From Clostridia bacterium (GTDB lineage Bacteria > Bacillota > Clostridia > Oscillospirales > QAKW01), in contig JAFZEA010000002.1 of NCBI GenBank assembly GCA_017560905.1, forward strand, positions 19,497 through 83,496: 64,000 nucleotides of DNA. Direction: 5' to 3'. Under the pieces are notes generated by a model. That model was not told the origin of the DNA. It made no database searches and saw nothing but the letters and a program-made list of their open reading frames with translations. This document shows, in pieces, positions 58,249-64,000 of this stretch. Every line of letters starts with the position of its first letter. Position 1 is the first letter of the stretch. The translations under genes and the position numbers were made by a program.

Positions 58249-58275
58249 TTAGCACTCTATTTGTGAGAGTGCTAA
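58249..58275. promoter_or_regulatory. CIRCE operator upstream of clpB
   Basis: TTAGCACTC-N9-GAGTGCTAA, a perfect consensus, 95 nt before the clpB ATG. Confidence 0.9.
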
Positions 58276-58370
58276 GAATTAACAGTTTGTTCATAGTTCG
58301 TTCACACTTTTTGGCATTTTATCGTGTAGAATACAGACAGAAAGTTGATTTGAAAAGGAGTGTGATCTTG

Positions 58371-60959
58371 ATGAACGCACAAAAATTTACTCAAAAATCT
58401 ATGGAAGCATTGCAAAGTGCGCAGCGTCTTGCCGCGGAATACAGCGCCGCCGCCATCGAACAGGAGCATCTGTTGGTCGCATTGCTTACGCAGGAAAACG
58501 GACTCATCTCCGAACTGATCACCAAGCTGACCGGAGCTGCAGAACAGTTTACCGCAGAAGCCGTCAGACAAATGGAAAGTCTACCCAAGGTCAGCGGCTC
58601 TGCCAACAACACCTATGTTTCTCAGCTTGCCGAAAAAACGCTCAGCCAAAGCGAAAAGCTATCTGAAAATATGAGGGACGAATACGTTTCTGTCGAGCAT
58701 ATATTTCTGGCACTCTTTGAAACCGCAGGTCAAAACATCAAAAAACTGTTTGTTACCTACGCCATTGACAAGCAGGATATTCTCTCTGCCCTGCAACAGG
58801 TGCGCGGCAGTCAGCGCGTTACCTCCGACAATCCCGAGAGCACCTATGATGCGCTGAAAAAATACGGCACCGATCTGGTGGAAAAAGCCAGAGGCAAGAC
58901 CGTAGACCCCGTCATCGGCAGGGATAGCGAGATTCGAAATGTTATCCGCATTCTCTCCCGTAAAACCAAAAACAATCCCGTACTCATCGGTGAGCCGGGT
59001 GTGGGCAAAACTGCCATTGCAGAAGGGCTTGCACAGCGCATCGTCAAGGGTGACGTCCCCGCTTCTCTCAAGGATAAAACGGTATTTTCGCTGGATATGG
59101 GTGCTCTTATCGCCGGTGCAAAATATCGGGGTGAATTTGAAGAGCGACTCAAAGCTGTGCTTTCGGAAATTAAACAATCCGATGGCAGGATCATTTTGTT
59201 CATCGACGAGCTGCACACCATCGTAGGCGCAGGTAAGAGCGACGGTGCTATGGATGCAGGCAATCTGCTCAAGCCCATGCTTGCCAGAGGTGAGCTGCAC
59301 TGTATCGGCGCCACCACACTGGACGAATACCGCCAGTACATTGAAAAAGATGCGGCACTGGAACGCAGATTTCAGCCCGTATTGGTAGAAGAACCGACGG
59401 TGGAGGATACCGTATCCATTTTGCGCGGACTAAAAGAGCGCTACGAGGTATACCACGGTGTCAAGATCCAGGACAATGCCATCATTGCCGCCACTACCCT
59501 CTCCGACCGCTATATTACCGATCGCTTTTTGCCCGACAAAGCCATTGACCTGATCGACGAAGCCTGCGCTATGATTCGTACAGACCTTGACTCGATGCCC
59601 GGTGAGCTGGATCTCATCCGCCGCAAGATCATTCAGTTTGAAATCGAAGAGGCTGCGCTGAAAAAAGATCAGGATGCCATCACGGCAGAGCGGCTGAAAG
59701 CCCTGCAAAAAGAACTGGCAGAGCTTAGAGAGGACTTTACCGCCAAAAAGGCTACCTGGGAAAACGAAAGGAACGCCATTGAAAAGATCCAGTCACTGCG
59801 CGCTGAGATAGAGCAGGTCGGCAGAGAAATCGAGCAAGCAGAAGAAGCCTATGATCTCAGCCGCGCCGCCGAGCTCAAATACGGCCGTCTGCCCAAACTC
59901 AGAGAAGAACTGAGTGCTCTGGAAGAACAAGCCGAAAAGACCAAAAACGGAACCTCTTTGCTTCGTGACAGAGTCACAGAAGAAGAGATCGCCTTGATCG
60001 TCGAGCGATGGACGGGTATTCCCGTAGCCAAGCTTATGGAGGGCGAGCGCGAAAAATTATTGCATCTGGATGACATTCTGCACAAGAGGGTCGTGGGGCA
60101 GAACGATGCAGTCAACAAGGTGTGTGAAGCCATTTTGCGTTCAAGAGCAGGCATCAGCGATCCTCACCGCCCCATCGGATCCTTTTTGTTCTTAGGTCCC
60201 ACGGGTGTGGGCAAGACTGAGCTTGCAAAAGCGCTGGCCGAGGCGCTGTTTGACGACGAGCACAACATCGTGCGCATTGATATGAGCGAATATATGGAAA
60301 AGTTTTCCGTGTCCCGTCTTATCGGCGCACCGCCCGGATACGTAGGATACGAGGAGGGTGGACAGCTCAGTGAAGCCGTACGCCGCCGTCCCTATTCCGT
60401 GGTACTCTTTGACGAGATCGAAAAAGCCCATCCTGACGTCTTTAACATTCTTTTGCAGGTGCTGGACGACGGACGGATCACCGATTCTCAAGGGCGCACC
60501 GTCGACTTTAAAAACACCATTCTCATTATGACCTCCAACCTTGGCTCAGAGTATCTCCTGGAGGGCACCGACGAAAACGGTTACATCGTCGAAAGCGCCG
60601 TTGCGCAGGCGGAAGCATTGCTCAAGCGCTCTTTTCGTCCTGAATTTCTCAACCGTCTGGATGAGATCGTGTACTATAAGCCGCTGAGCAAAAAGGATAT
60701 CACGGCCATTATGGAACTGATGCTTGGGGATGTCAACCGCCGTCTGGCAGACAAACAGCTTTGCTGTCGTCTGTCCCCTGCCGCTAAGGACTTTATCATC
60801 GAAAACGGCTATGATCCTCTGTACGGCGCCAGACCGCTCAGACGCTTTCTACAAGCGCACGTCGAAACCGCACTGGCCAAAAAAATGATCGCCGAGGATC
60901 TGTTGCCCGGCACCACCCTGACCATAGATGCAGAAAACGGTAAACTTTTTATAAAATAG
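58371..60959 (+). CDS. clpB: ATP-dependent chaperone ClpB
   Basis: 862 aa from [10 protein letters not shown] (RBS aaaggag). Two AAA+ modules ([16 protein letters not shown]) and a long M-domain coiled coil. The ORF-track start 58263 lies inside CIRCE. Confidence 0.96.
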   Translation: MNAQKFTQKSMEALQSAQRLAAEYSAAAIEQEHLLVALLTQENGLISELITKLTGAAEQFTAEAVRQMESLPKVSGSANNTYVSQLAEKTLSQSEKLSENMRDEYVSVEHIFLALFETAGQNIKKLFVTYAIDKQDILSALQQVRGSQRVTSDNPESTYDALKKYGTDLVEKARGKTVDPVIGRDSEIRNVIRILSRKTKNNPVLIGEPGVGKTAIAEGLAQRIVKGDVPASLKDKTVFSLDMGALIAGAKYRGEFEERLKAVLSEIKQSDGRIILFIDELHTIVGAGKSDGAMDAGNLLKPMLARGELHCIGATTLDEYRQYIEKDAALERRFQPVLVEEPTVEDTVSILRGLKERYEVYHGVKIQDNAIIAATTLSDRYITDRFLPDKAIDLIDEACAMIRTDLDSMPGELDLIRRKIIQFEIEEAALKKDQDAITAERLKALQKELAELREDFTAKKATWENERNAIEKIQSLRAEIEQVGREIEQAEEAYDLSRAAELKYGRLPKLREELSALEEQAEKTKNGTSLLRDRVTEEEIALIVERWTGIPVAKLMEGEREKLLHLDDILHKRVVGQNDAVNKVCEAILRSRAGISDPHRPIGSFLFLGPTGVGKTELAKALAEALFDDEHNIVRIDMSEYMEKFSVSRLIGAPPGYVGYEEGGQLSEAVRRRPYSVVLFDEIEKAHPDVFNILLQVLDDGRITDSQGRTVDFKNTILIMTSNLGSEYLLEGTDENGYIVESAVAQAEALLKRSFRPEFLNRLDEIVYYKPLSKKDITAIMELMLGDVNRRLADKQLCCRLSPAAKDFIIENGYDPLYGARPLRRFLQAHVETALAKKMIAEDLLPGTTLTIDAENGKLFIK

Positions 60960-60970
60960 AATACCAAAGA

Positions 60971-61012
60971 AAAAAGTGCTGTAAAAAACAGTTGTTTTTT
61001 ACAGCACTTTTT
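60971..61012. terminator. bidirectional terminator (20-bp arms)
   Basis: aaaaagtgctgtaaaaaaca-gt-tgttttttacagcacttttt. Confidence 0.85.
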
Positions 61013-62892
61013 TATTTTTTAAAGTGGCGGCAGGTATTTGCCATACACAAGGCAAATATGCGCAGTGCCGTTTCTGCCAGTGCAATCACCCACAGCGGCA
61101 TCCAGCCGACAAGCAGCAGTATGGTCAGCAGTACCTTAAGTCCTGCCGTAACCGCGGGAATAACGATCATATGACGGTGCAGTTTATAAGAGAGTATAAA
61201 ACTGTGCAACACACCGATGGGATCGTCGGAAAGGACCATAATATCCGCCGTGGTACCGCCAATATCATCTTCCAGTGTTTTCATCGAAAAGGAAATATCC
61301 GCCGCTTGGAGGCATCCTTTATCAACATCGTCACCGACGTAGGCTATGTAACTGCCGTGTCTTCCCTTACGGGCATTACGTGCTACCGCCTGCTCTTTGC
61401 CTGCCACATCCAACTGAGCAAACACACGGTGCAGACCCAATGTAGCCCCCACGTTTTCCGCATTATGTTTTTTATCACCTGTGATCAGGTCCAGAGAATG
61501 CAGTCCCAGCGCAAACAGTCCGTTGGTGGTTTCTGTGGAGGTATTTTTAAGCGGGTCGTGCAAGATAACGCAACCGATATACGTATCTTCCACACCGACA
61601 AAGCAGATCATACCCTGTCCGTGATACGGCAACACCTGAATGCCTGCACGTGTCATAAGCAGATCGTTACCCACAAAAATACGCTGTCCATCCACCACGG
61701 CACATACGCCCTCACCCGGAATTTCCATTTGATGTTCGGGCTTTGGCAGGTCGACAACTCCCGCCTCACGCACAATGGCCTTGGCAATCAAATGATTACT
61801 GATCTGTTCGCCGCAAGCCGCATAATAAAGCAGTTGTTCCTTGGTATATTCATTATGAGGCACCACTTCATCCACGATAAAGGTGCGCTGTGTGAGAATA
61901 CCTGTTTTGGAAAAGATCATATCGGTAATGCGGCGAAGGAGCATCAGCTGACGGCAATTCTGCACCAAAACACCCTCACGACAAAGGGCGGTGAGCGCCA
62001 CGAAAAACAGCAATCTGATCGTTTCGGCAATGTCGGTAAAAGCGCTGAGCATCAGTATTCCCGCTCCGCGGTACAGCGCCGTTGTCCAAGGCAATGCGCC
62101 GAACAACGGTACAAACAAACCGACAATCACCGCCAATACAAGCCACGCAATACGAACAAACGGCAAAAATCGGGCAAACAATTTTTGCATGGCGGCGGGG
62201 CGTGTCAGGGCCGTTTGAGATAAAGCGTGTATCTTTTGCGCCAGACACTGCGGTCCTGCCGCAACTACCTTAACACTAACCGTCTGTCCATGATTGACAC
62301 CGCCGCAATAAACTCGGCTGTCCTTGGCAAAAGGCACCGTTCTGTGATGGTGCACAAAATTGGAATAATCCACCGAGCCCTCACCGCTGAGAACGATACC
62401 GTCAGCGGGAAAAATTTCACCGGAATATACTTCAATCTGCGCACCTGCCGCCAGCTGTGCTACAGGCACGGCAGCGAGTCGATCACCTGTGCGCACTCTT
62501 GCCCGAAGGCCGCCAAGTGCCTCATAATATTCCGCTTCCTCCAGAAGACTTGCAGCAAAATGTCTTTTGAACCAAAAGCCTGCCGCCAGTATAATGAGCA
62601 TCAGTACGCTTTCCAGCATATATCCTGTCGACAACGCAATAATGCCCGCCAGTGCTACGGCAGTCCGAGCAGTTGGCTTTTTGTCAATTATCTCTGCCAG
62701 TGCGCCCCAAATCACTTCCCATATGGCCGCCGACCAAGCGATCAGGCACAGCCAAAGCCTATGGTCGGGCAAGCAAAGCGCCGTTAAAAGAAGTACCGCC
62801 GACAAAGCAAGCGTAACGGGTCTGACCCAACGGCGCCAAGGCTGTTCACTGTCAAACAACAATTTGATTTGATTTACTTTTTTCAGTTCCAC
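61012..62892 (-). CDS. P1B-type ATPase homologue with degenerate catalytic motifs (probable pseudo-ATPase)
   Basis: 626 aa, intact ORF. It keeps the fold landmarks (GEIFPADG, ITGD, VGDD) but reads SKTGI for DKTGT and has no TGES, no CPC and no HMA domain. Confidence 0.7.
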   Translation of the reverse strand: MELKKVNQIKLLFDSEQPWRRWVRPVTLALSAVLLLTALCLPDHRLWLCLIAWSAAIWEVIWGALAEIIDKKPTARTAVALAGIIALSTGYMLESVLMLIILAAGFWFKRHFAASLLEEAEYYEALGGLRARVRTGDRLAAVPVAQLAAGAQIEVYSGEIFPADGIVLSGEGSVDYSNFVHHHRTVPFAKDSRVYCGGVNHGQTVSVKVVAAGPQCLAQKIHALSQTALTRPAAMQKLFARFLPFVRIAWLVLAVIVGLFVPLFGALPWTTALYRGAGILMLSAFTDIAETIRLLFFVALTALCREGVLVQNCRQLMLLRRITDMIFSKTGILTQRTFIVDEVVPHNEYTKEQLLYYAACGEQISNHLIAKAIVREAGVVDLPKPEHQMEIPGEGVCAVVDGQRIFVGNDLLMTRAGIQVLPYHGQGMICFVGVEDTYIGCVILHDPLKNTSTETTNGLFALGLHSLDLITGDKKHNAENVGATLGLHRVFAQLDVAGKEQAVARNARKGRHGSYIAYVGDDVDKGCLQAADISFSMKTLEDDIGGTTADIMVLSDDPIGVLHSFILSYKLHRHMIVIPAVTAGLKVLLTILLLVGWMPLWVIALAETALRIFALCMANTCRHFKK

Positions 62893-62951
62893 TCTTTTTC
62901 CTCTTCCGTAAAAAATCCTTGCAAGTCGGAGACTTGCAAGGATTTAAAAAC

Positions 62952-64000
62952 TTATTTTTTCTTGAAGAAATCAAAAACGTCATCCAAGTCAAAGTCGTCG
63001 CCGCCTTCCTCTGCAGCAGGCTCTTCAGCGGGAGCGGGAGCTGCAAAGACGTCGGTCTGCGGCTCTACGGGAGTGGCCGCAGGTGCAGAAAACAGATCGG
63101 CAGGCTCAGCAGGAGCAGCTTCTACTGCATCCAACTTGAGTGCGGGCTTTTTCTGTTGGAAACCGGTGGCAATTACGGTTACGATCATCTTGTCTTCCAG
63201 ATCGTTGTTGAGCGCCACACCCCAGATGATGTTGGCATTGGGATCAGCAGCCTCAATGACCTTATGAGAAGCGGTATCCACTTCGTCCAGACCGATATCG
63301 GGAGAAGCTGTGATATTGATGATGACACCGGTAGCACCGGCAATGGTGGTTTCGAGCAGGGGGCTGGAAATAGCAGCAGCAGCAGCAAGCTCAGCCTTAT
63401 CCTTACCGTTGGCGCGGCCGACACCCATATGAGCGTTGCCCGCATCCTTCATGATCTTGCTGACGTCAGCAAAGTCGAGGTTGATGAGTGCGCTGGTCAA
63501 AATCAGATCGGAAATGCTCTGTACACCCTGGCGCAGTACTTCATCGGCAATCTGGAAAGCGTTGAGCAGTGTGATCTTTTCCTGAGATACTTCCTTGAGC
63601 TTCTCGTTGGGAATAACGATCAAAGAGTCAACCTTCTCACGCAGTTTGGCAATACCTGCCTCAGCGTTTTTCATCTTGAACTTGCCTTCGAAATTGAAAG
63701 GCTTGGTAACAATAGCTACGGTGAGAATGCCCATATTCTTGGCAATCTCCGCCACTACGGGTGCAGAACCCGTACCGGTGCCGCCGCCCATACCGGCAGT
63801 GATGAATACCATATCGGTACCCTGCAACAGTTGTTCAAACTCTTCCTTGCTTTCTGTAGCAGACTTTTCACCTACGCTGGGATCGCTGCCTGCGCCCAGA
63901 CCCTTGGTCATTTTTTGACCCATCTGGATTTTGTGCTCGGCACGAGAGCTGTTGATGACCTGCAGATCGGTGTTGGCCGCTACAAACTCAACGCCCTGTA
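62952..64000 (-). CDS. ftsZ: cell division protein FtsZ (5' end beyond window)
   Basis: GGGTGTGSAPV tubulin signature. The frame stays open to the window edge (...GVEFVAANTDLQVIN...). Acidic/Pro-Ala-rich C-terminal linker and DDFDLDDVFDFFKKK tail. Confidence 0.95.
   Translation of the reverse strand, partial: QGVEFVAANTDLQVINSSRAEHKIQMGQKMTKGLGAGSDPSVGEKSATESKEEFEQLLQGTDMVFITAGMGGGTGTGSAPVVAEIAKNMGILTVAIVTKPFNFEGKFKMKNAEAGIAKLREKVDSLIVIPNEKLKEVSQEKITLLNAFQIADEVLRQGVQSISDLILTSALINLDFADVSKIMKDAGNAHMGVGRANGKDKAELAAAAAISSPLLETTIAGATGVIINITASPDIGLDEVDTASHKVIEAADPNANIIWGVALNNDLEDKMIVTVIATGFQQKKPALKLDAVEAAPAEPADLFSAPAATPVEPQTDVFAAPAPAEEPAAEEGGDDFDLDDVFDFFKKK

Overview
This is a 64-kb chromosomal segment from a spore-forming anaerobic Firmicute, most likely a Clostridia gut anaerobe of the Oscillospiraceae/Ruminococcaceae type. 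That taxonomic guess rests only on gene content and on the THF-riboswitch/folT arrangement.

The window is dominated by housekeeping genes:
- a hydrogenase-associated regulatory operon (DRTGG / GHKL kinase-like / [FeFe]-hydrogenase-like / DRTGG / PHP)
- serC-serA, a mecA-like adaptor, an SNF transporter, and folT behind a THF riboswitch
- ylmC, an LCP protein, galT, and mnmA-rpiB-tsaB-tsaE
- an FtsW/RodA/SpoVE-family gene and spoIVB
- an AraC-pgm-manA sugar islet
- hrcA-grpE-dnaK-dnaJ with a CIRCE operator
- ygiQ, xpt, hemW-lepA, ricT-holB, and an alr-like/FemAB pair
- trmK-nif3-rqcH and dgt-dnaG-rpoD
- tRNA-Lys(UUU), a secreted LTD-EEP nuclease-like protein, malQ, clpB (also behind a CIRCE), a degenerate P-type ATPase homologue, and the 3' part of ftsZ

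I found no CRISPR array, prophage, integrase, transposase, toxin-antitoxin pair or recognisable phage-defence operon.

The most unusual signals:
1. A ~225-nt intergenic element is present twice (9155..9380 and 13822..14046). Its 15-bp stem has been rewritten by compensatory substitutions while the loop and flanks stay conserved. Copy 2 is bracketed by a perfect 31-bp direct repeat of a terminator hairpin.
2. spoIVB appears split. A strong-RBS Asn-rich ORF is linked to the start-less signal-anchor/protease frame by a -1 shift at A AAA AAC.
3. An intact P1B-ATPase homologue next to ftsZ lacks every catalytic signature I can read.
4. A truncated group IIC intron 5' fragment sits after a terminator, beside several gene fragments and a pgm-manA pair with foreign codon usage.
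5. A 21-nt duplicate of the tRNA-Lys 3' end lies 163 nt downstream of the tRNA.

All assignments come from reading the translations and sequence by eye. No database search or folding program was run.
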